Shown here: positions 31,156-41,107 of the stretch, piece after piece | Layout of the letters: the number at the start of each line of letters is the position of its first letter | Position numbering within the stretch: the stretch's first letter is position 1 | NCBI GenBank assembly: GCA_019358915.1 | Contig: JAHHIM010000036.1 | Location: forward strand, 320,001-384,000 | DNA length: 64,000 nt | Direction of reading: 5' to 3' | Source of the DNA: Trichormus sp. ATA11-4-KO1 | GTDB taxonomy: Bacteria; Cyanobacteriota; Cyanobacteriia; Cyanobacteriales; Nostocaceae | Notes under the pieces: generated by a model | Told to the model about the DNA's origin: nothing | What the model saw: only the letters and a program-made list of their open reading frames with translations | Databases searched by the model: none | Translations under genes and position numbers: made by a program

Positions 31156-31401
31156 TCAGACACCGTAGCGGTTTTGATAGTAAGCCAAAATTTGCTGTAC
31201 GCGTTGCTGACTTTCTGAACCAGAGTTCGGTATCCAAGAGATCCATAAGCCACTGATTTGACTTTGATCGTAATTAAATTGTTGTGATGACTGGGGAATT
31301 AAACTAACTTTTACGCCTGCAACTTGACGCAAATGAGCGGCTATCTCTTGATAGACGGCCAAAGGTAAACCAGTAAATTCAATTTTTTTCTTGGTCTCCA
31401 T
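31156..31401 (-). CDS. Small conserved hypothetical protein
   Basis: 81 aa, GLPLAVYQEIAAHLRQV; starts 2 nt after the stop of the upstream gene. Confidence 0.8.
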   Translation of the reverse strand: METKKKIEFTGLPLAVYQEIAAHLRQVAGVKVSLIPQSSQQFNYDQSQISGLWISWIPNSGSESQQRVQQILAYYQNRYGV

Positions 31402-31403
31402 CT

Positions 31404-32267
31404 TTATGAAGCTCCAACAGTAAAAGGATTTTGAGGTGGTGTTGTCACCGACACAGGATTGCCAGCATTGGTTGTCGCTGACGAGGCTGAGTTGACAGGC
31501 TCTTCGCCCACCATTCTGGCGACTTCAATACCATATTGTTCCAGAATTACAATGGGATTGGAACCTGCATTCATTTCAATACGTTTAATTAGCACACCAC
31601 CTGCTAATCGCTGTCCCGCCTGTACATAGCGACTTGTCGCCTCATTCGGTACCTTAATAATTGCTTGGGGTTCTTTGCCAATCAGCACTACACCACTGAC
31701 AATTACTCCCTTGGCTAAGTCAGGTTGTGCTGGTGGTGGCAGCACAGATACTAAAGTGGGATTAGGGATAACTTGAGGCATGACCTTGGGCAAAACTGAA
31801 GTTGGGCTAGAATTTGGCTTTGGTGTCTGTGCCACTTGATTTGGCGACGCAGAAGTTTTAGTTCCGGTGGAGAGCGCCGCGCTGCTTGTTGGCAGTCTTC
31901 GGGCTGTAGCAGTAGGCAAAGGAGGCAATATCGGAACTGCTCTGGTGGCTGTATTAGTAGATTTAGGTACTTCCAGCACCGGTTGTCCAATAATTTGGGC
32001 AAACGGGTCATTCCGCCCTTTTGACACTATTGCTTCTCGCTCTTTGGCATTAGTTGATTGAATTAAATTAGGAGTTGCAGAGGTATTTGTGACCACATTC
32101 TTGGTAGACACCACAGGATTATTGAAAGATTGAGTTGCTGGTGGTAACTTTGCTGTCGGTGTCACAGTAGGCGTAGGATTAATAGCCTCTTGTGTACCTT
32201 CCGAGCTACATCCAGCGATCGCCAAAGTTAAAAGAGCGACAAATGCAATTTTGGAATTTCTGCCCAT
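31404..32267 (-). CDS. Lipoprotein, PilP-like
   Basis: Lipobox IAGC; Pro/Thr-rich linker containing GRNDPF; C-terminal beta domain VSGVVLIG..QAII....RYVQAGQRL. Confidence 0.65.
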   Translation of the reverse strand: MGRNSKIAFVALLTLAIAGCSSEGTQEAINPTPTVTPTAKLPPATQSFNNPVVSTKNVVTNTSATPNLIQSTNAKEREAIVSKGRNDPFAQIIGQPVLEVPKSTNTATRAVPILPPLPTATARRLPTSSAALSTGTKTSASPNQVAQTPKPNSSPTSVLPKVMPQVIPNPTLVSVLPPPAQPDLAKGVIVSGVVLIGKEPQAIIKVPNEATSRYVQAGQRLAGGVLIKRIEMNAGSNPIVILEQYGIEVARMVGEEPVNSASSATTNAGNPVSVTTPPQNPFTVGAS

Positions 32268-32430
32268 TAGCTGTTCTCAAAAGCTATAGCAAACTTTGCT
32301 TGTGGAAATTAACTATGCCTATTTGTATTCAAGGCAAAGCATGTTCCCTTTATAACCTAATTTTCTGAATTTTAAAGGTTATTTTTAGCACCACCAGTCT
32401 GGGGGAAATGCGGCTTAACCTTGCTGGCAA

Positions 32431-33207
32431 TTAATCTTCTGTCACACCCATGAGGTGCTTTAACAAGCCCAGCCCTTTTTTCACCCTACGGGAAACTGTA
32501 ACTACACTAATCCCTAAGTGTTCAGCTACTTGTTTTTGGGTCAAGTCTTGCAAAAATACACATTCCAACACTTCACGAGTACATTTCTCTAGCTGAAACA
32601 ATGCTTGTTGTAGGCGCATTTGGTCTTCTTGTGCCAGTTGAAAGCTGCGGTAATGAGGATCTGGAACCAATTCCCCTAGGCTGGTAGCTCCTTCTTCTCC
32701 GTCCAGAATTGGGACATCCAAGCTCAGAGGGGCGCGATTGACCCATGCTAATTTAATTTCTTGCCATTCGTTTGGCGAAATCGCCAATGCTGTGGCTAAT
32801 TCAGAGTCAGTAGGTTGACGGTTATATTTTTCGCGCAAAGAACGTGACACTCCTATTGCCTGCTGTTGCAGTGCCAAATAGCGCCGAGGAATTCGCACTG
32901 TGACACCTTTATCTCGGAGGTAATGTTGAATTTCACCACGAATATAGGGAATAGCAAAAGAACTGAAAGCGTGCCCTTTGGAAATTTCAAATTTTTCAAT
33001 AGCCCTTATTAAACCCAAACAACCTACTTGGAGCAAGTCATCATAGCTTTCACGGCATTGATTTATCCAATAGTGAGCTTCTTTTCTGACCAGTCCAAAG
33101 TTAAGTTTTACCAGTTTATTACGAACAGTTTCTGAACGAGATTGTTGATATTCCCGCAATAACTGCCAAATTTCATGCTTCAGTTCGTTAGTGGCTGTAG
33201 TAGGCAT
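32431..33207 (-). CDS. sigF: Group 3 RNA polymerase sigma factor SigF
   Basis: DLLQVGCLGLIRAIEKF, FSSFAIPYIRGEIQHYLRD, region-4 HTH TQKQVAEHLGISVVTVSR. Confidence 0.9.
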   Translation of the reverse strand: MPTTATNELKHEIWQLLREYQQSRSETVRNKLVKLNFGLVRKEAHYWINQCRESYDDLLQVGCLGLIRAIEKFEISKGHAFSSFAIPYIRGEIQHYLRDKGVTVRIPRRYLALQQQAIGVSRSLREKYNRQPTDSELATALAISPNEWQEIKLAWVNRAPLSLDVPILDGEEGATSLGELVPDPHYRSFQLAQEDQMRLQQALFQLEKCTREVLECVFLQDLTQKQVAEHLGISVVTVSRRVKKGLGLLKHLMGVTED

Positions 33208-33726
33208 AGCACCGCGTTTATTTAGTAAATAAACAGTGAATACCCGCTTAAAAAAAAGCTACAATTGTCCGATATTCCAGCAAAAAATTGGCTATCTTTT
33301 TTATCAAAATATATGATAAATAACAATTTGTGCTGCGCATCACCTTATATGTTTGACAATCGAGCAAAATTCAAATAAGCGAAATTGGTATTTTGTTTGG
33401 TCTTTAAAATTGTTGTCTATATGTAGTTTTGAAAGCTACATATAGACAACATATAAAATTATTTATTTAATTTCAAACCGAAATTTTACTTAATTTGATT
33501 ACTTAAATATGCCATCTAATAGCTAAAATTTTGCTAAATACTCAAAATTTTGTTCTCCGTAAAACTACTATAGTTATTCAATAAAATTTAATTTTATTCA
33601 GTAACTGAGTGTCAAGAAATATCTTCATTAAGGTATTGAGTACAGGAGTACAGCTGAGTTAATCAACACCGTCCTAACCTGTGTGACTTTGGCTATAAAT
33701 TTGTGTTCATTTGGTCGTAAATTAGT

Positions 33727-33765
33727 AAAAAACCCATTTGCTCTCAAAACAAGGAGCAAATGGGT
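33727..33765 (-). terminator. psbO terminator
   Basis: ACCCATTTGCTC / GAGCAAATGGGT 12-bp stem followed by a T-run on the minus strand. Confidence 0.75.
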
Positions 33766-33839
33766 GAAATCAGGCGATGAAGTTGATGATTACAAAACCA
33801 TATTCTTGAGTATTAACCAGTTGTCATACTCAAAAGGAT

Positions 33840-34673
33840 TTAGCCACGATTTGGTTCAACCCGTGCATAAAACAGGCCTCGAATCTTGACTTCCTTGGGT
33901 TCGCCAGCACCCAAATCAGTATCAGATGGTTGTTCGCTCTCGAAAGTACCAGCAATTTCACCACTAGAGCTATCTACTTTGGCTACTTGCAGAGAAATCG
34001 TGCCATCAAGAGTGTCAACACGTTTGACGTTAGCGCGTGTGAGTTCTTCGTCATCGGCTTGGGCAGGGAGAGCCACAGCATTATCATAGCCAGTGACGAC
34101 ACCACGACCTTTGGGATCTAGGAAGGCAGCACCACGATAGGAAGGAACCTTAAAAGTACCTTCAAAGTCCGTGGAAGTGTTGATGCTGGTCAAACCAGGT
34201 TGTGTTTGAGCAACTAAATCTTTGATGGTGAAGAGAAAAGGTACTGATTCACCACCAGGGAGTTTGACAGTGATGGCTTGGAAGTCAAGACCATCAGCTT
34301 CTACAAAGGTCAGGCTATTATCTGGGTTGATTTTCAGGTCGCCTTGTACCTGATCAATGGTAGAAGTGTATCTGGTCAATAATTTTCCAGGCACAAATTC
34401 TGCTGTTTGTCGTTTATTAGCAGGTTCTTCTTTCACAAAGAAAGTCGTTGGTTCCAAGCAGAGTTCTTTAATGGTGTAGGACTGGCTGGAATCAATGGGA
34501 ATAGAACCACGGCTGGTTTCTGCTAGTTGGGGGCATGAGTTAGCCAAACCAGTGCCTCGAATTTGTTCGTAAGTAAGTAAATCTTTGCCAGTAGAAGCTG
34601 GAGCTTCACTGCAAGCAGTTAATAGCCCCAGACACATAGCCAAGAATGCAACAATTAAAGCGCGATACCTCAT
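33840..34673 (-). CDS. psbO: Photosystem II manganese-stabilizing protein
   Basis: MRYRALIVAFL signal; GTGLANSCP, VPSYRGAAFLDPKGRG, ESEQPSDTDLGA; GAGG RBS before ATG 34673. Confidence 0.97.
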   Translation of the reverse strand: MRYRALIVAFLAMCLGLLTACSEAPASTGKDLLTYEQIRGTGLANSCPQLAETSRGSIPIDSSQSYTIKELCLEPTTFFVKEEPANKRQTAEFVPGKLLTRYTSTIDQVQGDLKINPDNSLTFVEADGLDFQAITVKLPGGESVPFLFTIKDLVAQTQPGLTSINTSTDFEGTFKVPSYRGAAFLDPKGRGVVTGYDNAVALPAQADDEELTRANVKRVDTLDGTISLQVAKVDSSSGEIAGTFESEQPSDTDLGAGEPKEVKIRGLFYARVEPNRG

Positions 34674-34715
34674 GGTCAACCTCAATGTCAAAAATTAATA
34701 TCTAAGTTGTAAAAC

Positions 34716-35164
34716 TGCACCGCAGCTTTGATGGGATGGACACTTGGCTTAACTCAAGCCACTGCTTTTGGCAAGCGGCGTGGGAACCTTTCCCACGCAG
34801 GTGTCCTCCAGAAGCCACCGCTCAAACTTCTCACTGCTAAACGCACTTAACGCGTCGCTTTCTTAAGCCTTTAGTTTAAATCAAAGGCTGACCCGCACAC
34901 CGGATCTATTTTTTTTGATGTGTGGTTCAAGAGCAGCAAAACCAGCAGTTTTACTGGTGGCGGTATTTGCTAGGGTTTGGGTGCATGAGTGAATACGCCC
35001 CAGTACAGAGCAGCATCAGGGCTGACTTCGAGAAACGCAAAGCAAAACCTAGCTTTGCGCTTGCTTTGCAAATGCTGATGGCATTTGCAGTGTTGCCCAA
35101 ATCGTTCTGTATTATGTATGTGTTGTCACTACATACAGCCCATTGCCTTATAGGGAAATCAGCC
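34716..35164. other. Densely structured non-coding region upstream of psbO (leader or ncRNA candidate)
   Basis: At least 8 local hairpins plus enclosing helices (see findings); GC-richer than neighbouring intergenic DNA. Confidence 0.55.
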
Positions 35165-35338
35165 AGATCATACGATTTTTTTTAACTCAAGATCAAAGCA
35201 CTCTGGTCTTAACCAAAAAAACCTGATGCTACATAGTTCACTGAGAGACGGTGCTAAGGGACTGACAAATAAATAAATAGTGCTTCCTGCCTGAATATGG
35301 GTATTTAATATCACTTCTTCCCTCTGACTTCTAACTTC

Positions 35339-35595
35339 GTTCAAAACCAGGGAGATTTTTGCCCCTTTGGGCGTTGGAGAGGGGTTGGGGCAGGGCTGAT
35401 TCGTTCTCTAAAAGGGTTAAAATTGCAAGGGCAAATCCACAATTAAGACCGAAAATTTTGGCATCTTCAGTCCGAAATACCTGATTTTTCTTTGCGTCTT
35501 TGCGCCTTTGCGTGAGATTATCCTCTTGACAAATCTCCAACACAAGCGAATGAAACAGCCCTGGGGGTTGGGGTGAGCTCCATCGAATTCACGTT
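35339..35595 (-). mobile_element. Partial copy C of the ~200-bp element, interrupted by a MITE
   Basis: GTTCAAAACCAGGGA...AGGGGTTGGGG and GGGGTTGGGGTGAG..CATCGAATTCACGTT match the right half of 14132-14333. Confidence 0.75.
35391..35563. mobile_element. 173-bp MITE with ISAs1-like ends and a 10-bp target-site duplication
   Basis: TIRs CAGGGCTGATTCGTTC / GAATGAAACAGCCCTG (14 of 16 match); GGGGTTGGGG duplicated at 35381-35390 and 35564-35573. Confidence 0.85.
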
Positions 35596-35799
35596 AATTT
35601 AATTTTTGGAGTTCACATAGTAGTTGCCAAGTAGCTTAGGACAGAAACTAATTATCAAACTCAGACACGAAGGGACTTTGAAGCCTGCTCCTGTCTCTTA
35701 TACCCTGGTGCACTTATGCACTTGACGTTTAAGATAGCGAGTGAAAGCTAACAATCTCCGGTAAATTTGAGTAGACTTCATTTACACGGAGATAGTGGT

Positions 35800-36174
35800 A
35801 TGAGCAACAACAAAAGTTTTGAATCAGAGAAGTTGGCTGATCAACTGCAAACGATCGCCATAGCAGTGCATGATGTGGCTAAGGTTTGTCAAGGAGATGC
35901 TATAGCTATTTTGGGCTTGCTACGGCATTTGGAGCAGTTACACCGAGATATCCGAGATAGTATCTTTCAAGAGAGTTTGCCTGATAATCGCCAGAAACTC
36001 TACTCACTACTGAAAGATATTGAGTCTGAGGGAGGCTGGCCTTACATTGAGCGCATGAGACTGCAAGCATTTTTAGCCACTTTGCCACCAGAAGCCATGG
36101 AAGATATGGAGAATAATTACGAGCAGAAAAACAGCGATGATTTGTTAGACAGCGATCGCTCCTTGAGTTGGTAA
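35800..36174 (+). CDS. Conserved cyanobacterial hypothetical protein
   Basis: GGAG RBS; LLRHLEQLHRDIRD..FQESLPDNRQKLYSLLKDIESEGGWPYIERM. Confidence 0.8.
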   Translation: MSNNKSFESEKLADQLQTIAIAVHDVAKVCQGDAIAILGLLRHLEQLHRDIRDSIFQESLPDNRQKLYSLLKDIESEGGWPYIERMRLQAFLATLPPEAMEDMENNYEQKNSDDLLDSDRSLSW

Positions 36175-36250
36175 GCTAAAAACTAGTTTTGAGTTTTGTA
36201 TTAAAAATTCATCACTCTTCATAACTCTTAACTCACAACCCCAAAATATT

Positions 36251-36799
36251 TTAGTGGCTGCGGCTGATGTCATCACCAAGAAAGCGATCGCTTTCTTCCA
36301 CATTACGGTTGTGTTTAAGGTAATCATTTACCCAGTTGCAACCACGAAGAAGCAGGTGATCAAGATGCAAATTCCACAAAATAATCGTTGTATCATCACT
36401 TGCCAAATCAGCTTTTGTTTTTTTTAGTGAACGTGTACCTTTTTCATCAGTTAACTTAAACAATAATTTCCAACTTAACTCTTCATTTTGTTGACCACAA
36501 TCTTTAGCAACTTCCTCTAAACTAGGTTCTACTAATTTTTCTGAGCCACCACAAAGTGTATATTGTTTATAATCAGCACGAATAATTATTTAGCCGCCAT
36601 ATCCGGGTCTTGATTGGACTCAAAATAAGCCACGTGAAGTCCTGCAATTTCCAACTCTGCTTTCTGCTTTTAGACGCTGTAATTCCGTTGATTTACCACA
36701 GCCAACATAACCTGTAAATAACTGACAGGTTGGCTCATCCGGAAAAATATGTGTGATGGTACGTTGCAATACTACATAGATTTTGCTGATGTACGTGGT
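36251..36799 (-). pseudogene. Collapsed remnant of a P-loop ATPase plus STAND/WD40-repeat locus
   Basis: Fragments LQRTITHIFPDEPTCQLFTGYVGCGKSTEL (Walker A), LEEVAKDCG..LFKLTDEKGTR, and ASDDTTIILWNLHLDHLLLRGCNWVNDYLKHN (WD40-protein tail), with frameshifts and stops. Confidence 0.75.
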
Positions 36800-36985
36800 T
36801 AAAAAGTGTGTATAAAAAAATACTAATTATTAGGTGCGGTCGTACAGAGGTAGACACCATTTAGACGGCTTCTCGCACGGCGAATCATGGCTTTGCGCGT
36901 AAGTTTAACCAAATTTATTGGCAGTCATCTAGCAAAATACAAATTGTGTTATGGTTGTCAATACTTTTTTGTAGCATTTTCAACG

Positions 36986-36999
36986 GTAACAGCTATTAC
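36986..36999. promoter_or_regulatory. Possible NtcA-binding site upstream of ftsQ
   Basis: GTA-ACAGCTAT-TAC matches GTA-N8-TAC; the nearest TAN3T box is 24 nt away, not the canonical ~22. Confidence 0.3.
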
Positions 37000-37213
37000 C
37001 TACCAAAAAGGTTATGTTCGGTTTAAACTAAACACTGCAAACTTGAGGAAAAAGATTACTACTACCTAAATACTGGTGTAGTTGCCACAAAGTGTTACTA
37101 AAAGTAAAAAAAGTCTTGAGGAGAGAGGCTAATAGATACTGGCAGGGTTTACTGTAATTAATCAATGAGCTGAGCCTAGCAAAGAATTAGATTGAAACCA
37201 AAAAGGGGTTTGA

Positions 37214-38050
37214 ATGGCTGGCATAGTATCAGTTTCCCACAGACATTTGGTCCAGCGCCGTAAGAAATTACGTCGCCAGAGGCAAATGAAAATTATCCAG
37301 GCTATATGGCGAACCGTTGCCATTAGTGGTCTGGCAGGTGGTTTGCTGTGGGTGGCAATCCAACCAATATGGGTGTTGAATGCTCCCAATCAAATTGTCA
37401 TGAAATCAGGCGATCAATTACTATCGGAAGCGGTGATTCAGTCATTACTGGTGATATCCTATCCTCAGTCTTTATGGCGAATTCAACCTTCGGCGATCGC
37501 TCACTCTTTGCAGCAACAACCGACTATTGCACAAGCAAGTGTTAGTCGTCGGCTTTTTCCTCCTGGATTAAACATTGAAATACAGGAGAGAGTGCCTGTA
37601 GCAATAGGTCAGAAGCCCAAAGCACAAAATACAGCTACGGGCAAAAAACAAGTATCTGTGGGTTTACTAGATGCTAGTGGGGTTTGGATACCCTTAGAAA
37701 AATACACATTAGTCAATCCCAGCGTCAAATTGCCGAGTCTCAAGGTTGTTGGTTCACCAGAACAGTATCGCTCTTACTGGAGTCAACTTTATCCATCATT
37801 AAGTCAAAGTACCGTGAAAGTTACGGAAATTGATTGCCAAGATCCCACAAATATCATCTTGAAAACAGAATTAGGAAATGTGCATCTTGGTGTCCCAGGA
37901 CCTCAGTTAACTGAGCAAATCAAGGTACTCTCCCAAATGCGATATTTAAATGGAAAAATCAATAATAGTCAAATAGAGTACATTAATTTGAAGAATCCTA
38001 AATATCCGTTAGTACACGTGAACCAAAAAAACCAAAAACTTGACTCCTAA
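37214..38050 (+). CDS. ftsQ: Cell division protein FtsQ
   Basis: Basic N-terminus, single TM, POTRA region (VSRRLFPPGLNIEIQERVPVA); directly upstream of ftsZ. Confidence 0.92.
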   Translation: MAGIVSVSHRHLVQRRKKLRRQRQMKIIQAIWRTVAISGLAGGLLWVAIQPIWVLNAPNQIVMKSGDQLLSEAVIQSLLVISYPQSLWRIQPSAIAHSLQQQPTIAQASVSRRLFPPGLNIEIQERVPVAIGQKPKAQNTATGKKQVSVGLLDASGVWIPLEKYTLVNPSVKLPSLKVVGSPEQYRSYWSQLYPSLSQSTVKVTEIDCQDPTNIILKTELGNVHLGVPGPQLTEQIKVLSQMRYLNGKINNSQIEYINLKNPKYPLVHVNQKNQKLDS

Positions 38051-38396
38051 ACTCCTGAGAAACATCATGCTAATCTAAACCATTAACAAGAAATAGTAGG
38101 AGGGCATTGGGTATGCTGAAGTTATAATGTGCCAAATTAGTGAAAATATTAATTTCTCATAGAAGTTATACAGATCAATATTTAGGTAAATGTTAGGTAT
38201 ACTTCTCTAGAATTAGCTGTGCGATCAGCTGCGTTTAAGCTTATCCCATAGCCAACTTTCACCATGACAATCCTGTTAAGGTTGAAAGTCGTGATCACAA
38301 TAAAGAACAGTGCCATACATTTTGGCAGCGTCAAACTATAGTTGACTCTTAGGTGAATACACCTGAAAAAGTCGTTTATCTACCTTTCTGAATCCA

Positions 38397-39680
38397 ATGA
38401 CACTTGATAACAACCAAGGGCTTACCTATAAAAATTCCCAATCTGTGGGACAGCCGGGGTTTCCACTGGCAGTTAACTCAACTAATCCCTTTAATAACTC
38501 TGGTCTGAACTTTGGACAAAACCATGACAGTAAAAAGATATCCACGGAAAATAGCCGGATTGGCGAAATTGTTCCTGGTCGGGTTGCCAACATTAAAGTG
38601 ATTGGTGTGGGTGGTGGTGGAGGAAATGCGGTTAACCGCATGATTGAGTCCGATGTTTCAGGAGTGGAGTTTTGGTCAATTAACACTGATGCGCAAGCTT
38701 TGACACTGGCAGGCGCTCCTAGTCGGTTACAAATTGGACAAAAGCTAACGCGCGGTTTAGGAGCAGGTGGTAATCCTGCTATTGGTCAAAAGGCAGCTGA
38801 GGAATCACGGGACGAAATTGCTACGGCTTTAGAAGGTGCTGACCTAGTGTTTATCACTGCCGGCATGGGAGGCGGTACTGGGACAGGTGCAGCCCCAATT
38901 GTTGCGGAAGTAGCAAAAGAAATGGGTGCTCTCACTGTGGGTGTGGTAACACGTCCATTTGTCTTTGAGGGACGCCGCCGCACTAGCCAAGCGGAGCAAG
39001 GTATTGAAGGGTTAAAAAGTAGGGTAGATACGTTGATTATTATCCCTAATAACAAGTTGCTGGAAGTGATTCCTGAGCAAACCCCTGTACAAGAAGCTTT
39101 TCGCTATGCAGATGATGTGCTGCGTCAAGGGGTACAAGGAATTTCTGATATCATCACGATCCCAGGCTTGGTAAACGTTGACTTTGCCGATGTCAGAGCT
39201 GTGATGGCAGATGCGGGATCGGCACTGATGGGGATTGGTGTCAGTTCAGGAAAATCAAGAGCGAGAGAAGCGGCGATCGCGGCTATTTCTTCACCATTAT
39301 TAGAATGTTCTATTGAAGGAGCTAGAGGAGTTGTCTTTAATATTACTGGTGGTAGCGACCTCACTCTGCATGAAGTGAATGCTGCCGCAGAAGCCATATA
39401 TGAAGTAGTTGATCCCAACGCTAATATTATTTTCGGCGCAGTAATTGATGACAGACTCCAAGGTGAGGTGAGAATTACTGTAATTGCCACTGGGTTTACA
39501 GGTGAAATACAAGCAGCACCACCACAAAATGTGGCTAATACCAGGGGAGCACCTCCCCCAAAACGGCCAACAGGACAGCAACCAACAGTTAATCCTCCCA
39601 CACCAGTTGCTGAACCCAAAGAAAAATCGGGATTAGATATCCCTGACTTTCTGCGAAATCGGCGGACACCACGGAATTAA
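38397..39680 (+). CDS. ftsZ: Cell division protein FtsZ
   Basis: [27 protein letters not shown]-terminal LDIPDFL. Confidence 0.99.
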   Translation: MTLDNNQGLTYKNSQSVGQPGFPLAVNSTNPFNNSGLNFGQNHDSKKISTENSRIGEIVPGRVANIKVIGVGGGGGNAVNRMIESDVSGVEFWSINTDAQALTLAGAPSRLQIGQKLTRGLGAGGNPAIGQKAAEESRDEIATALEGADLVFITAGMGGGTGTGAAPIVAEVAKEMGALTVGVVTRPFVFEGRRRTSQAEQGIEGLKSRVDTLIIIPNNKLLEVIPEQTPVQEAFRYADDVLRQGVQGISDIITIPGLVNVDFADVRAVMADAGSALMGIGVSSGKSRAREAAIAAISSPLLECSIEGARGVVFNITGGSDLTLHEVNAAAEAIYEVVDPNANIIFGAVIDDRLQGEVRITVIATGFTGEIQAAPPQNVANTRGAPPPKRPTGQQPTVNPPTPVAEPKEKSGLDIPDFLRNRRTPRN

Positions 39681-40006
39681 TTGATTTTGGATTTGAGTTT
39701 TTAGATGAAATTTGCAGTGTCAGGTTTAGCTGAGCACTGTATAAAATCTACTAGTGCTAGAGTTTCACCAGGAACATGGGTAAGTAATACCGTTGCTATA
39801 CCCAAAGTGGCAAATTGGTGCTGGAACTTGTCAATGCTATTCACATATAGAATGACTGGGGCAAGAGTCCACAGGCTCAGATGTCCTAATTTGTATTGGA
39901 AAAATTACAAATAGAGGGTTGGGAGCAAGCTCATTGCTGATGTTTATGGCAATCTAGTAACTAAAGCTGACTATAAAAAACTTAGGGGTTAACTAACCAA
40001 GATAAA

Positions 40007-40987
40007 TTATTGTAATTTTTTAGTTAGTAAAGTCTGCTCAACCCACTCAATCACCTGATCACCAAGATGAGTGCTATCTAGCCGATCAATTTCACGAATT
40101 CCAGTAGGACTGGTGACGTTGACTTCAGTCAGATAGCCACCAATCACGTCAATACCGACAAATATTAAGCCGTCTTTACGTAAGGTTTCGGCTATTTGGG
40201 TACAGATTTCATACTCTCTTGGGGTAATTTCTGTTTTAGCAACTGTACCACCAGCCGCCATATTATTGCGAAAGTCAGTGCCACTAGAAAGGCGATTGAG
40301 GGCACCAATGGGTTCTCCATTGAGCAGAATAATCCGCTTATCTCCCTCTTTAGCCTTTGGTAAATAGGTTTGCACCATCACTGGTATTCGACCATGAAGT
40401 GTACTGAGTTCAACAATAGAGTTGAAATTGCGATCGCCTGGTTGTAAGAATAAAATCCCTTCCCCAGCTTTGTTACCCAGTGGTTTGATAATTGCTGCGC
40501 CCTTGGCTTCAAGAAATTGCCGGATAAACTGCTTGTCTGCACTGACAATGGTTTCGGGAATCGCGTTGGTAAACTGGAGGGCATACATTTTTTCGTTTGC
40601 CCCTCGGATACCATTGGGATTGTTAATCACCAGAGTTTTGTGTTGGTCAATGTAATCTAGAACGTAGGTAGTATAGAGGTAAGAATCATTAACTGGTGGA
40701 TCTGTCCGCATAAACACGGCATCCATTGTTTCTAAGGATGTAAAGTAGGCGTCACTCAACTTATACCAAGGATTCGTCGCTACCCAGCGTTCCTCCACCA
40801 ACTGCACCGGGACAAGTTCTACCTGCTGTAGGATAGCCCAAGCTTTGCTATCTACCACGCTCAACAGATTAGCTTGAGTCACCCAAATTTCATGTCCCAA
40901 GGTTTGTGCTGCTTCCATCAGAGCAACGCTGGTATCATGACACGGATCAAGCTGATGGATGGGATCAATAATAAAAGCCAGTTTCAC
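40007..40987 (-). CDS. gshB: Glutathione synthetase
   Basis: KLAFIIDPI, FMRTDPP, NEKM, GDKRI, EVNVTSPTG; GTG start assumed. Confidence 0.96.
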   Translation of the reverse strand: MKLAFIIDPIHQLDPCHDTSVALMEAAQTLGHEIWVTQANLLSVVDSKAWAILQQVELVPVQLVEERWVATNPWYKLSDAYFTSLETMDAVFMRTDPPVNDSYLYTTYVLDYIDQHKTLVINNPNGIRGANEKMYALQFTNAIPETIVSADKQFIRQFLEAKGAAIIKPLGNKAGEGILFLQPGDRNFNSIVELSTLHGRIPVMVQTYLPKAKEGDKRIILLNGEPIGALNRLSSGTDFRNNMAAGGTVAKTEITPREYEICTQIAETLRKDGLIFVGIDVIGGYLTEVNVTSPTGIREIDRLDSTHLGDQVIEWVEQTLLTKKLQ

Positions 40988-41107
40988 ACTATTTGCCTCA
41001 ATCACCGGGACATTCTGAAATTACCCAATTTAGATTATCCCCTGATGATTAGACTAATTCACAATCGCTTTTGTGGGAAAAAGTCCAATCTTGAATATTG
41101 TCTCAAC

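Noticed and set aside
34922..35185. 87-aa plus-strand ORF in the structured region
   Set aside because: No RBS, no recognisable motif; better explained as non-coding structured sequence.
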